From assembly GCA_008690995.1 (NCBI GenBank), contig VRMN01000003.1, positions 1-64,000 of the forward strand: a stretch of 64,000 bases of DNA, given 5' to 3'. The position numbers were made by a program, and so were the translations under genes. This DNA comes from Porphyridium purpureum. Taxonomy: Eukaryota. The notes under the pieces were generated by a model. That model was not told the DNA's origin, searched no databases, and worked only from the letters and a program-made list of their open reading frames with translations. Of this stretch, positions 53,601 through 63,717 are shown piece after piece (the stretch's first letter is position 1; the number at the start of each line of letters is the position of its first letter).

Positions 53601-54845
53601 ATTCTAGCAGATGTTTCGAGCCCATTCATTGTGCGGTTCTTCTGGTCTTTTAAGTCACCAACCAAGCTGTTCTTTGCTATGGAGTACTTGCCTGGTGGTG
53701 ATATGTACTCCTTGCTGTGTAACTTGGGTTTTCTCGACGAGGAGGTCGCCCGGCAATATCTTGCGGAAACGGTGGCCGCGCTCGAGTACCTCCATGGAAT
53801 GGGCATTGTGCATCGCGACCTCAAGCCGGACAACCTCCTCATCAATAAGGACGGTCATTTGAAACTGATTGATTTTGGATTATCGAAAATTTTGTTGCGC
53901 GCAGATAGGAGTCGCGCGATCGAAATTTTGAATGGGGACGTCACGGGTCGCAAAATTTTGGATAGTTACTTCGAAGGGGATCGCGTCGAGATTCGCAGTG
54001 CATCGTTTGATTCAGAGATTGTTGGCACACCGGACTATCTCGCGCCGGAGCTTTTGCGAGGCACTGGATCTGGCCCAAGCACAGACTGGTGGGCTCTAGG
54101 CTGCATCATGTACGAGTTCATCATGGGGATTCCGCCTTTCCATGATGTCACGCAGGAGAAGATTTTCACCAACACGCTGAACATGACGATTCAATGGCCG
54201 CTAGCCCCCGAGGAAATTAGCATCCATGGCTTGGACCTTCTCAAGCGTCTCCTGGATCCCAATGTAGCGACTAGGTTGGGGACTAATGGATGCGAGCACG
54301 TCAAGGCTCATCCGTTTTTCAAAGGAATCGATTGGAAGAATTTGTTGGAAGCTAAGGCCTCGTTCGTCCCCGACAACGTGGCAGAGGATGATACGCGATA
54401 CTTCCAAAGTCGAGAAGAAATGGCCGACCTCAGTGGCGATGACGAGGAGCCTGATGTTTCAGTACTCCGGCAGCGGAAGCGGATCAGCTCCATGCACCAA
54501 AAGCCAGCCAGTACCCGGAGCCTTCGGCGACGCCTTGGACAGCAGCCAGCGGCGCACGAGCCGGCCTCCAAATACGGTGACTTGGAAAAAACCGCGGCTT
54601 CAGGGAAAAAGAACCAAGCTCTTTTGCGTCCAGGCATGGCCGACCGGAAGGCATTTGAGAGTGTCATATTCACACATCCTCCAGCACAAAATGAGACCAG
54701 AGGTTCCCCAGAGCCAGTGGAGCCTGCAGACGAAGCCCTGGAAGTGCACACCGAGGACTTTGAAGACTTTGCGTTCCAAAGCTTCCGTAATTTGCAGGCT
54801 TTGAACATGGAAGTCATCGAAATGGCGATATCTTCAGCAAATTAG
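50628..54845 (+). CDS. AGC Ser/Thr kinase of the IRE/MAST/Greatwall/Rim15 group
   Basis: GAFGRV, YAIK, MEYLPGGD, HRDLKPDN, DFG, insert, VGTPDYLAPE, C-terminal FEDFAF; upstream CxxC..H...C finger. Confidence 0.9.
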   Translation: MEYNRESSKERLSRNASGNSEHGGDSGVRFELAEEDRYRLASGAVGAAGRTASADEERLRYHQHGGGAWSPSTVTGNRRVSSPSQVYTRVARERSAGENTPQLQHQYQQQNQSDHLNAGDFEYGQQNDPYVQQHSPQLQHSYASSRGDTPRSAPITPSAARLVGSQGNVMGVRSGTGTGTAPSASLSPSASARLRTSDLRSAGLRNSPSQTSLLHAVQSKRQMERMVKLKDEADRMLNEFCIRCHRDFLNSDETTNDEAEVLETLVSICENVTLVSNREMLNPQTRFVLHEQISKLEALSIASAGLKWEGAAQGLKEMGSESVEPVMFVHSRVDKLRQAAEVPADHQGTKGHPLSPVFHPSSSGKPLTPEEDAPGSPRSSQNQIQRDRRRRRDILASSNSKRIATAVSSGGESPSLAGSPHAAPTNASLHSTGSTKVTSALGALHLREPAGPGAVMNDKEGTPKVQHGNSPSESEPWEFQETARHLDSSSDSDGDNRSEDPGNLTKVSSESSIFTGDSSRVNSPHFLIPSELRNLVPREMRGDGPFNQSDTGTPYLNSPNSAASVRAVQSRQTSSPSSENGGDSPKLGGRLAAGSSTAAGPSSVYGDRAGSQQSRSGGPNSATNSPRPYLGLPGLPTLQVDRRRSDLNTGGSGGTNDGAKAIPWLSPSDSIASAGLTSGGVTSPSALATVLSPKSRHQQHIEQASSTRHNNATESSPRSNAESRMNEDQDEMMCRVCEQIFLPDSFPFHVGRCHLIAEELQIVMNRSKLLAKLGVTIQSCANDASLPEWDRLAWTTLLDMCELPALHDCTVQELGTSVKKILLPEQEYIRIPAARLSFGDLKDHVKEASRLVDRCRRKLGEHAPLAASCTQATLLLNQICVAASRLMGYASEIGQSAFARSLRSQPPSLFVALSILSESFGPSILAVDPGDSLTIPRINDFKVLKPVSCGAFGRVYLARKKTSEDMYAIKVIRMKDMKVSSMGIRLQLERDILADVSSPFIVRFFWSFKSPTKLFFAMEYLPGGDMYSLLCNLGFLDEEVARQYLAETVAALEYLHGMGIVHRDLKPDNLLINKDGHLKLIDFGLSKILLRADRSRAIEILNGDVTGRKILDSYFEGDRVEIRSASFDSEIVGTPDYLAPELLRGTGSGPSTDWWALGCIMYEFIMGIPPFHDVTQEKIFTNTLNMTIQWPLAPEEISIHGLDLLKRLLDPNVATRLGTNGCEHVKAHPFFKGIDWKNLLEAKASFVPDNVAEDDTRYFQSREEMADLSGDDEEPDVSVLRQRKRISSMHQKPASTRSLRRRLGQQPAAHEPASKYGDLEKTAASGKKNQALLRPGMADRKAFESVIFTHPPAQNETRGSPEPVEPADEALEVHTEDFEDFAFQSFRNLQALNMEVIEMAISSAN

Positions 54846-54937
54846 GGAACGCGATGGGGGTGAGAGCGTTTGCGGATGAATGTCGCATGAGCTATCAAAA
54901 ATAATTTAAGTACGAAATCGGAAACAAAGATACTTTC

Positions 54938-56461
54938 CTACTCTGACATGGTCGCGAGACGCTCACTGAGCAACAGTGCATAGCTTTGCTCGACTTCACG
55001 GCACATGTCCTTTCGAAGGCGCTGCTTTGCTGCATCCATCCAATCCACCAGTAAGCTGCCCGCTGGTCCGGAAATATGCTGCAGCTCGCGAGTTGCCCAA
55101 ACCAAGTCGCCCGCTTGCACAGCGCTTTCGGCCCGAGCGAGCTGCGCGTGCGCATCCCGATCGTCTTCGCTTGGTGACACCTTCATGCGGAGGGGATAGA
55201 GCAACTTAGCCCACAGATAGCTCATCAGACCGCCGCCAGGTGGCATCCACGCGACAATATCAGCTTCTCGTTTGATAGACTCAAAGCTCGTCAATAACGA
55301 CTGCGTATCGAGAGCGCCATGGCTCGATATCGCAACTCGTGCACACTCGTACAATAATGTCTGCTCCGGTGTGATCGAATTCAGTACGTCCAAACGAGGC
55401 CTCATGTTTCCCATGATTACCGCGCGCAGATCCTGAATCTCGCGGTTCACATCGTCAAACCATACCGTGTGGCGATCCATTACGTTACGCAACGCAGCAG
55501 CGCGTGATACCCATCTCTCCACCGTTTCCTTCCGCTTTCCAAACTCTTGCGCGTCCAAATGGTCATGTTGTAGCTCAGCGGCGTGGAGAGCGCTCTGGAG
55601 CTGAGCCTTGAGCTGTGCATTTGCAGCAGCAATCAAGTTGTCCCGCTCATTCTCCAGAGCTTCCATCATTTGCATCTCCGCGAGTTCCATGCGATCCACC
55701 AGCTGGCGAGCCAGCATAACCTGCAGCTTGACGCGTTTCAGCAACGGTAAGTCCCAAAATGCCGACCACGCAGATTTCGACACTTCGCTTGAGATGGCCG
55801 CAGCCGCTTTCGGCGCCCCGCCGTCGCGAGCGTTCGCGGCAGACGACGAGAGCTCCTTGCTCAAGTCCGCAACAGAGCCAGCCAGTGATTGGCTAGAGCG
55901 CTCTATTGTGTCTACAATGTGCTGCAGCTCTGACACTTTTTTTTCCGCACTCTTCACGTCTTCATCAGCTCGACGAACCCGTTCATTGATCCGCTCCAAC
56001 GCACGAACAGCTTGACTGCAGATCCGCGTGTCCGTATCCGGGTGTGTTTCTTTCATGGTATTTTCGGTGCTTGCAAGCACGCTGACGCTCGGATCCTCGC
56101 GGTCCTGTCGTGATTCTTGAACTGGTACTCCGGGAGAATTGAGTTTCAGCTCCACTCGATCTGTTTCAGACTCGTCGGACGCGTCTGCGTCGTGGCTCTT
56201 CTCGATTTCCCCGTCACGGGCCTGACCATATTTGCGGAACAGTGCCGAACCGGCTGCAACCAACGCAACCCCTAGCGTAACCGCGGGCAAGCCTACACCT
56301 GTATGATCGCGGCCCACAGCCACAGACTCGCCGCCGTGCGATTGGCCCGCATTCGTACTGAGGGACCGTCCTTGCGCGGGGCGATGTTTGAGGAGCCTTC
56401 CCACAAAGAAGCAAGCGATGCTTGGCGCCGCGCTGGAAGAAAGCAGCACGCGCCTCATCAT
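54938..56461 (-). CDS. MIC60: MICOS subunit Mic60/mitofilin
   Basis: Presequence, one transmembrane segment, coiled coil, and C-terminal mitofilin domain LARAE...GDL..A.REL...DW...AK.RL. Confidence 0.8.
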   Translation of the reverse strand: MMRRVLLSSSAAPSIACFFVGRLLKHRPAQGRSLSTNAGQSHGGESVAVGRDHTGVGLPAVTLGVALVAAGSALFRKYGQARDGEIEKSHDADASDESETDRVELKLNSPGVPVQESRQDREDPSVSVLASTENTMKETHPDTDTRICSQAVRALERINERVRRADEDVKSAEKKVSELQHIVDTIERSSQSLAGSVADLSKELSSSAANARDGGAPKAAAAISSEVSKSAWSAFWDLPLLKRVKLQVMLARQLVDRMELAEMQMMEALENERDNLIAAANAQLKAQLQSALHAAELQHDHLDAQEFGKRKETVERWVSRAAALRNVMDRHTVWFDDVNREIQDLRAVIMGNMRPRLDVLNSITPEQTLLYECARVAISSHGALDTQSLLTSFESIKREADIVAWMPPGGGLMSYLWAKLLYPLRMKVSPSEDDRDAHAQLARAESAVQAGDLVWATRELQHISGPAGSLLVDWMDAAKQRLRKDMCREVEQSYALLLSERLATMSE

Positions 56462-56620
56462 TTCTCCGGCTCTCCGTGTCTGCGCCTTCTTTCTTCCTTT
56501 CGTCAGGCGGACAGAGAGCGGAACTTAATTCGTAAGGGGCCACCGAAGCACGAGAGAGGAAAGTTGAGGAAGCGGGTGCAAGAACCGCAGAGAGGCGGGC
56601 TGCGCTTTGTCCGCCTCGAG

Positions 56621-57337
56621 ATGCGTGATAATGAAAATGTTGTGCTTGAACCCTGTAGCGCCGACGCGCCTCGAATGTTGCTCGTGCCGTACAAGCCCGA
56701 GCACGTGCAAGTTTATCACGATTGGATGGCGGACGAGCGGATACGCGAGTTGACGTGCTCTGAACGCTTGACACTTGAAGAGGAGTATGAGAACCAGGTA
56801 TCATGGCACAAAGATTCGAAGAAGTGCACCTTTATTGTGATGGATGCGGACGTGCAGTTCGAACAACCACGCATGGTAGGAGACGTAAATATTTTCACGT
56901 CACTTGAGGAGACAGACAACGGACAACAAGCTCTAGTTGCAGAAGTCGAGGTGATGATCGCCGAGCCGGCAAGTTTGCGAAAGGGACTTGCCACGTGGGC
57001 GCTGCGTGGAATGATGGCGTACTTTCTGTCGATTCGACCCGATACCGCGCGCTTCGTAGCAAAGGTGCTGGATGAAAACGGTGCCTCACTTTCACTTTTC
57101 GCGCGCTTGGGTTTCACCGAATTCCGCCGTCTCCCAGTGTTCGACGAAATCCATCTGTGTGTGGATCTGATTTCAGATGCGCAAGCTCATCAGCGCCTTT
57201 GCTCTGAATTAGCAAACTGGTCTCGGCGCAAATATGCATCTGAAGGCGCCGATATCTCGCATGATGGGCAGCCTGGCATGAAAATAGACCAACCGTGCGC
57301 CGAATGCTCTACCGAGTCTCCGCGTCATCATGGATGA
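56621..57337 (+). CDS. NAT9: NAT9-like GNAT acetyltransferase
   Basis: LVPY...HV..YHDWM, LTLEEEY..Q.SW, KCTFIV, MVGDVN, EVEVMIAE. Confidence 0.88.
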   Translation: MRDNENVVLEPCSADAPRMLLVPYKPEHVQVYHDWMADERIRELTCSERLTLEEEYENQVSWHKDSKKCTFIVMDADVQFEQPRMVGDVNIFTSLEETDNGQQALVAEVEVMIAEPASLRKGLATWALRGMMAYFLSIRPDTARFVAKVLDENGASLSLFARLGFTEFRRLPVFDEIHLCVDLISDAQAHQRLCSELANWSRRKYASEGADISHDGQPGMKIDQPCAECSTESPRHHG

Positions 57338-58375
57338 AGCGATCAGCAGCCGAGCCACGAGTTGCTCGGCTTTCCAGCGCTTGCAATACAGCTTGCGAAC
57401 AGAATCTTAAGAAACTGAGTCTCGCTTGTCCTGGAATGTCACCTTCACTCCATGACAACGCCCTAAAACGCGTTGATACCCCCCGCACTGTAGTAGAATC
57501 GCATCGTCTGCAGACTCCAGTGCTCTTGTTGTGCGTGCGCCTTTTGCGCACGAATCGTCCCTTACTCAAAACGTCACTGTTGCTCGCAATGTTCAGCAGG
57601 CGACCAATGTACGCCTTGCCCTTGACTACTTTGCGCAGTGGGCTTGCTCGTCTCGTGCTTGAGCGTATGAACAAATGTCCTGCCAGTCGCGCCCCGATCG
57701 GCGTGCAGAATGAACGAAACTATGCGATACTGAGCACATGAACGCGTGTACCGCATGGCATGAGTCATACCTTGAAACCGCCGCGACCTTTTCTTGCTCT
57801 TCTGCTCCGATGCCACCTGTGCGCCAGTCATGAGGATGAAATTTCCGACTTTTCCATGCCGGCTTTGCGGCAATCGATAACATAGAGTTCGAGGCGCCCC
57901 ATAGAAGCATTCTACCTACACACAGCGAGTCCAAGGTGGCCAGCAAATCTTGAGCCGCGCACGGCGATTCAACGTTGCAGCAAGCAGCAGCGTTTCGTTC
58001 CTACATTTGCCGCACCGCGCCGCGTCGCGCTGCGCCGCAGCTGGACTGGCTGCATCTAATGTGTATCCGCGACTGGCTTTGCTCCACGTGCACCGGTCAC
58101 CATGGCATCGCGGGCGAGTACATGCGTTCCGTGTGCGCACACATACGACTCCACGCGGCCCAGCTGCTGTCCTTCCTCAGCTGCCGCATTGCGACCGACT
58201 GGAAGTGGGCGCGTTTTGGAGATTGGAGGTACAGTTGGCATGAACACAAAGAAGGGGAAAAAAAAACCCGTGAGAAAGCCAAGACGCGGGTGGAGGGGGT
58301 GGGGGGATAGATGGAAGAAGAGTGAAGGGGGGATAATGCGGGCAGTGGAGAGAAGGATAAGGAGCAGAGGAGACG

Positions 58376-58831
58376 ATGAAAGGGATGATTACAATGAGCG
58401 CCGCGGATAAGCGGCGCGTGCACAGCTGCGCGTCCGCGCTGATCCCGGGAAACAGCACGGGCGAGATGGTGGTCGTGGGCGGCCTGGCCAACTTTTTCTC
58501 GCTGTACGGCAATCTGGTCACCGCGCGCATCCTGCTGTCGTGGTTCCCGGGCATCCAGGGAAACCCGATCGTACGCCCGGTCATACAGGTCTGCGATCCA
58601 TTCCTCAATGCGTTCCGCGGTATCATTCCGCCCATCGGGGGCATCGATCTGTCGCCCGTGCTGGCGCTGATCACCTTGCAGGTGCTAGGTAATGCGACCA
58701 CCACGCTTGGTGCGGAACTCCCGCCAGCACGAAGTGCTAGCCGCTCGCCCCGCGGCATCAGGTTTGACTTGAACCAGATGGCGATGAATGTGCGACAGCG
58801 AATGATGGTGCGAAACAGCCGAAAATGGTAA
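58376..58831 (+). CDS. YggT/YlmG family plastid membrane protein; 5' end uncertain
   Basis: RILLSWFP...CDPFLNAFRGIIPPIGGIDLSPVLA. Confidence 0.88.
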   Translation: MKGMITMSAADKRRVHSCASALIPGNSTGEMVVVGGLANFFSLYGNLVTARILLSWFPGIQGNPIVRPVIQVCDPFLNAFRGIIPPIGGIDLSPVLALITLQVLGNATTTLGAELPPARSASRSPRGIRFDLNQMAMNVRQRMMVRNSRKW

Positions 58832-59125
58832 CCGTCTCGTCGAGATCGACAGACGCAAGCGCAAAGGCTACGGTAGCTACCCATGGGAGAACGCTCAAGC
58901 TTGGTCAGGCTTAAATCACGTAAAGATAGATTGCAGCAGAGTTACAAAGTTTACACGTAAAATCTATGTGAGAAGCTTTGTACGAACAGGACGTCCACCA
59001 TCCTCGACAAACCGCCACCTCCAGCCCGGCCTCCCCAATCGCCTATCTCCTCGGAGGGTCCTCATACACACCGACGCGAATCCCACGAGGTGCTCCCGTA
59101 TACCGTATCTCCTAGCGCATATTCA

Positions 59126-60541
59126 CTACGACTGGTACTTCCGTCCTTTCTTTTTCTGGATATTCTCGTCATCACTATCATCCGCATCCGACCCATCCTC
59201 ATACTCGGAGCCGCTGAAATTCTCATCGGCATCGTCCGACCCGTCTTCAAAGTCTGACCTTCCCTGCTCGTCTCCAGATCCTTCTCCAAACGACCCTTCA
59301 TCCGCGTCAGAGAACGATGCTTCGCCGTCATCGTTACTCAGCTGAGGGCCACGCCGCTCTCCGGAATCATCATCCTCATCCACGTCCCATGCTGGAGGTG
59401 CCCCCGAATCAGAATCTTCCGCCGGGTCCAGAGTCTTGTTCTCGTACATGTAGGGGTGCGACAGCAGTTCAAGAATATGCGGCATCGCCCCGACCTTGCT
59501 CATCAAGAATTCTCGCAACTTGGAATCCTTTTCCGCTCGCTCCAGTACAAATGTGCGTATTGGTACAGTGTCGCCCGCCTTCTTCCCGGCCGCTGCGCCC
59601 GATTCGTCCACAACAAAGAGATTCACATGTTCAGGGTGAGGACGGTAACCTTGACCGCGGGCGCTCTTGCACAAGTCATCCAAGAGATCCTTGATTTCTT
59701 CGAGGTCCATCTGGAACTGAGCCTCACGCTCAGCATCGAGCCTCGCGCGCAAATCCTCTTCAGGTTCTTCATCCGAAAGGGGGTCGGGCTCAGAATCGTC
59801 AGGCTCACTAAAGTCATCGTCACTGAGTCCGTATTTGCTCTTCCCTCCCTTGCCAGCAGGACCCTTGCCCGGAGGTCCTTTCGCAGCCAGTCCCTTGCCC
59901 TTGCCCTTGCCCGGGCTCTTCTTGGGCACGTACTCATCATCAGACAGGTCAAAGTCTTCGCCTTCATCAAAGCTTTCCTCGTCACTATCAAAGTCATTGT
60001 CTCCCATGTACGCCTGTTTCTTGGGAGCAGATCTGTTCTGGTACTGTGATGGCGACCTGCCCTGGAACCCACCGCGGTTATTGGATGGCGGCGCGTAACC
60101 GCCGCCGCCTCCGCCTCCGCCTCCACCTCTGGGCCTGTCCATATACCCGCCTCCTGAAGGCCTGTCCATGTATCCTCCGCCTGAGGCAGGTGGAGACCTA
60201 TCCATGTACCCACCTCCCGAAGCGCCACCACCTCGTCCACCGCGGAATCCGCCTCCACCGCCGCCGCCGCGACCGCCTCGAAATCCGCCCCCGCCGCCGC
60301 CACCACCTCGTCCTCCTCCGCCGCCGCCGCCACGGCCACCCCGGCCGCCGCCGCGACCCCCGCGTCCTCCTCCATTGAAGAAGCGCACAGGCTGCTGGCC
60401 GACCGCCACGGCCGCGCCGTGCTGCGCGAAGAGCATCATGCCCATACCCGCGCCCGCACACATGCGATCAGCGGGCTTGAATGCCGACCCGCTGGCCGAT
60501 CCGGCCAGCAGACCTGCGCCGCGAATCGCATGAGACGCCAT
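59126..60541 (-). CDS. Uncharacterised Gly/Arg-rich and acidic protein, paralogue A
   Basis: Presequence-like start, RGG tract, three GGGYMDR repeats, acidic tracts, and a domain shared with the neighbouring gene. Confidence 0.75.
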   Translation of the reverse strand: MASHAIRGAGLLAGSASGSAFKPADRMCAGAGMGMMLFAQHGAAVAVGQQPVRFFNGGGRGGRGGGRGGRGGGGGGGRGGGGGGGGFRGGRGGGGGGGFRGGRGGGASGGGYMDRSPPASGGGYMDRPSGGGYMDRPRGGGGGGGGGGYAPPSNNRGGFQGRSPSQYQNRSAPKKQAYMGDNDFDSDEESFDEGEDFDLSDDEYVPKKSPGKGKGKGLAAKGPPGKGPAGKGGKSKYGLSDDDFSEPDDSEPDPLSDEEPEEDLRARLDAEREAQFQMDLEEIKDLLDDLCKSARGQGYRPHPEHVNLFVVDESGAAAGKKAGDTVPIRTFVLERAEKDSKLREFLMSKVGAMPHILELLSHPYMYENKTLDPAEDSDSGAPPAWDVDEDDDSGERRGPQLSNDDGEASFSDADEGSFGEGSGDEQGRSDFEDGSDDADENFSGSEYEDGSDADDSDDENIQKKKGRKYQS

Positions 60542-60793
60542 TCCCTGCCCGCCCTGATCCGCAGCCCTCCCCAGCCCCCAGCCGCCGTGCCGATCGCTCG
60601 CGCCAAGCACACCCCGCCTTTCCTCACCGCGCCACCCGTTATGAGAGACGCCGGCGAGCGCACTGTACTCTTCGAAGTGACGCAATCGGTTTTTATTCCA
60701 CTCCGGCATGTGATTTTTTGTGTAATGGCCGCGTGGATATTTGCGCGCGTGTACGGACATGCTGACGCACGCACGGGGTACGCGAGCCACATC

Positions 60794-61606
60794 CTATTTC
60801 TTCTTCTCGCTCGTTTCGGCTTTGGCCGTGTACATGTACGGGTGCGACAACACCTCTAGCACATGCTGCATGCCGCCGATTCTGCCCGCCAAAAACGCCT
60901 GCACGAACGAGTCGGACTTGGCCTGCTCCAGCACAAAGTGCCGCACCGCCACCGTCTCATTCTGACCTTGCACGGAGAACAGCGCCGGGTTCTCTCCGTG
61001 CGGGCGGTACCCGCGGTTCTTGGCCCCTTTGGCAAGAAGCTGCACCACTTCCTTTGCTTCCTCTCGCTCGTACGCACGGAACGAATCATCGTCGCCGTCA
61101 TCGCCCTTCATGTCTTCGTCAAACTCGTCCGAGCTGGACGAATCGCCCCCAATTTCTGGTTCTTCATCACTGTCGCTGTAGGGGAGCGCAGACCTACCGT
61201 CTTTCACGCGAGATCCGTCTTCCATTTCGTCCCACTCGTTGTTGGGCATCGATCGCACGCGATTCGCATTCGGCTTCCTCTGCGCGGGGGCCGGTCGACT
61301 GATCGCACGCTCGTCGGCGTCTGAATCATCGTCCCAGTCGTCCTCCGAATCCGACTCCTGTCGCCCTTTCGCGTAATTATCAAACGCCTTGATCTGCAAG
61401 CCAGCCGTGCCGCGAAGCGTCGGCTGGCGGCGTATTGCTGAACGCCACCCGCCGCGATCAAAACCACTGCGCAGTGCCGCCGTCGTACCGTACGATCGCG
61501 GGCGCACAGCATGAGACAACGAGATGTATGGTCTGGAAAGCTGCACCAGGCCCGCAGAACTGGCGCGGAGGAGTACACTGCGCAGCGCCACCAAAGCCGC
61601 CATCAT
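60794..61606 (-). CDS. Uncharacterised protein, paralogue B
   Basis: Arg/Leu/Ser-rich presequence-like N-terminus, acidic tracts, and the shared domain ending LSHPYMY. Confidence 0.75.
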   Translation of the reverse strand: MMAALVALRSVLLRASSAGLVQLSRPYISLSHAVRPRSYGTTAALRSGFDRGGWRSAIRRQPTLRGTAGLQIKAFDNYAKGRQESDSEDDWDDDSDADERAISRPAPAQRKPNANRVRSMPNNEWDEMEDGSRVKDGRSALPYSDSDEEPEIGGDSSSSDEFDEDMKGDDGDDDSFRAYEREEAKEVVQLLAKGAKNRGYRPHGENPALFSVQGQNETVAVRHFVLEQAKSDSFVQAFLAGRIGGMQHVLEVLSHPYMYTAKAETSEKKK

Positions 61607-62082
61607 AGATATTGCGCGCGCGCGCTCTCTCGCATTCGCTCCCGTCGCCCGCTGGTTCGTCAGCGCTTGGCAACAAACGACCGCGAAGCGACGGCAGACC
61701 GCTGTACCTTATTGGCAAGCCGGTTAGCACTTCCGCTGTACCTCGGACCAGTTTGGACCAGCTCGTGCCGAAAAATTGGCGGTGAGGGCAGAGGCAGGGG
61801 CACGTGCTCGCGTTGTTCCGCTCCTTCGGCATCAGACAAGTGGTCTCCAGCACATGCCACCATACCGTACGCGCGTCAGATCACGACGCCGAGAAGTAGA
61901 ACAAAGCTCGCGTCGTCGAGGATGGACGTACGCCGGTGGCCAGGAAGCGTCGTTGTATGTCGGGATAGAGAGCTGGGTAGAAAAAGGAACACGACAGATG
62001 TCACAACCAAAGGAAAAAAGAATGTACTGTGTTCTCTCTGCTAAGCCAAGGGCGCGCACATGGAGATTTTAAAGCAGACGAG

Positions 62083-63048
62083 CTAGCGCAGCTGCATTTT
62101 CTTCTCTTCTCGAGCCGATACAAGTGCAAAATTGCCGCCAGCATTGTGGCGCCGAATACAGACGAAACGACGCGTGTTGTTCGGGCTCCAGCCACATCCA
62201 AACGAGACGACCTCCTGCAAGGATAGAAGCGGCTTGGACACGACGGTAATGAGCAGCGGCAGACGAAGCAAAGACGGGTTCGACGAATTCGTCCCATCAT
62301 AATTTCGCTGAATGGTCTCCTGCGTCCAGGAGTTCGACTCCAGCACATAGCGCATGTTGTCAGCCATCCACCGCCCTTCAATATCTTTGGCATCCAGTGG
62401 GGCCGAGTTCAAAAACGGATGTACCTCGATTCCATCTCGAGCTTCATGAGCGACGACGACCGACTTGCGCACGAGATTTTCGTACACAATCGTGATCCGC
62501 GCGCGCTCACTCTGCTCGTACACGAATCCCGTGTGAATAAGCAACCGCGAGATTGACTCGGTCCCTCGCTGAGACAGATCAGACGCACCAGATGACCAGG
62601 TGCCATTTCCAAAGACCACTGATCCCTCATGCTTTTCGGCCGCGCTTGGCGTGCACCCGGGAGCCCAGTCTACATCGGTGCTCAGCACGATAGATTCCTC
62701 TGCCCCTGACACCAAGCGTGTCAGCGTTTCAATCCGCGACTCGCGTAGTGGTCGGCCCGAAACGCCGTCAAATTCGCATACAAAGCCACGCCATGGCGAT
62801 GCGTCTGCCCCTGTGGCGCGCACACTTTCTTGCCATGACGGTGCAAGTGCGACAACCGCTGTCCGCGTCCTTTCACAATCACGACACGTGCGCCTGGGCG
62901 GCAGAGGGCGAAAGCGCACGCTCGACGTCGTCGCGCTGCCGCTCACAAAAGCGACCGGGACATTCGAGTCGCCATGCCGCCAACTGAGAGAAGCGAGGAG
63001 CCTCATGTTGACAGTCGCGTGGGCGACGTTGGCGACAGAAGCGCACAT
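62083..63048 (-). CDS. DUF3598-like protein, probably plastid-targeted; start uncertain
   Basis: AFVSG transit-like segment; FGNGTWSSG, LEGRW-like IEGRW, LLRLP, GW...RR...R.HNAGG. Resemblance recalled from memory. Confidence 0.5.
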   Translation of the reverse strand: MCASVANVAHATVNMRLLASLSWRHGDSNVPVAFVSGSATTSSVRFRPLPPRRTCRDCERTRTAVVALAPSWQESVRATGADASPWRGFVCEFDGVSGRPLRESRIETLTRLVSGAEESIVLSTDVDWAPGCTPSAAEKHEGSVVFGNGTWSSGASDLSQRGTESISRLLIHTGFVYEQSERARITIVYENLVRKSVVVAHEARDGIEVHPFLNSAPLDAKDIEGRWMADNMRYVLESNSWTQETIQRNYDGTNSSNPSLLRLPLLITVVSKPLLSLQEVVSFGCGWSPNNTRRFVCIRRHNAGGNFALVSAREEKKMQLR

Positions 63049-63684
63049 GGCGGCCCCAATGAAGCAGAAGCCAGTGAATCGCCGGGTTTGCCTTCTACCA
63101 CGCGGGCAGCAATCGGAGTGGCGATTGTCTTCCTTGCAGCGATGGGGAATATGGTCGGGCTCTTCTACAAAAATCTCGGAAAGTCCCACGGGTTAGATCA
63201 TGAGTTCAACCGGGCATTTCAACATCATTCACGCGTGAAGTCTCGGTATCAAGGGCAAGGTTCGCAGTCTGCGCCCGGCAGTGGAAATGCATGGAACCAG
63301 CACCATGAGCAGCCAGGCCAGCAGGCCAAGCAGGAGGGTCGCCAGGCTGAACAGCATCAGGCCAAGCAGCGGCAGGGGCGGCGGCAGGAGCAAGACCAAA
63401 AGGCAAGCAATTCAACCTCCGAGGATGAGCACACGCGCTGGCAGGCGCACTTTGAGGGAGTAATACGGATGCCTGCAGATCCTTACGCCGTTCTGGGACT
63501 GGACAGAAACGCGACGAACGAACAAATCAAATGGCGCTACCGGCAGCTGGCAAAGATGACACATCCTGACACTGTGCAGTCGCCAGTCGAGAAAGCGGTC
63601 GCTGAAGGTAACTTTAAGCTCGTGTCGCGGGCGTACGAGCAATTGCGCGCGTCGCGTGGAATCGGCGACGCAAGCATGAAGTGA
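62974..63684 (+). CDS. Membrane-anchored J-domain protein
   Basis: Transmembrane segment, Gln-rich linker, DPYAVLGL...YRQLA...HPD...FKLVSRAYE. Confidence 0.85.
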   Translation: MPPTERSEEPHVDSRVGDVGDRSAHGGPNEAEASESPGLPSTTRAAIGVAIVFLAAMGNMVGLFYKNLGKSHGLDHEFNRAFQHHSRVKSRYQGQGSQSAPGSGNAWNQHHEQPGQQAKQEGRQAEQHQAKQRQGRRQEQDQKASNSTSEDEHTRWQAHFEGVIRMPADPYAVLGLDRNATNEQIKWRYRQLAKMTHPDTVQSPVEKAVAEGNFKLVSRAYEQLRASRGIGDASMK

Positions 63685-63717
63685 GCTACAATTTTTTTCC
63701 TAATCTATTTCGTCAAA

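Noticed and set aside
57309..58140. Short minus-strand ORFs with a possible intron between NAT9 and YlmG
   Set aside because: Could not build a coherent gene model or recognise a domain.
59835..60533. Plus-strand proline-rich ORFs
   Set aside because: Antisense mirror of the glycine-rich minus-strand gene.
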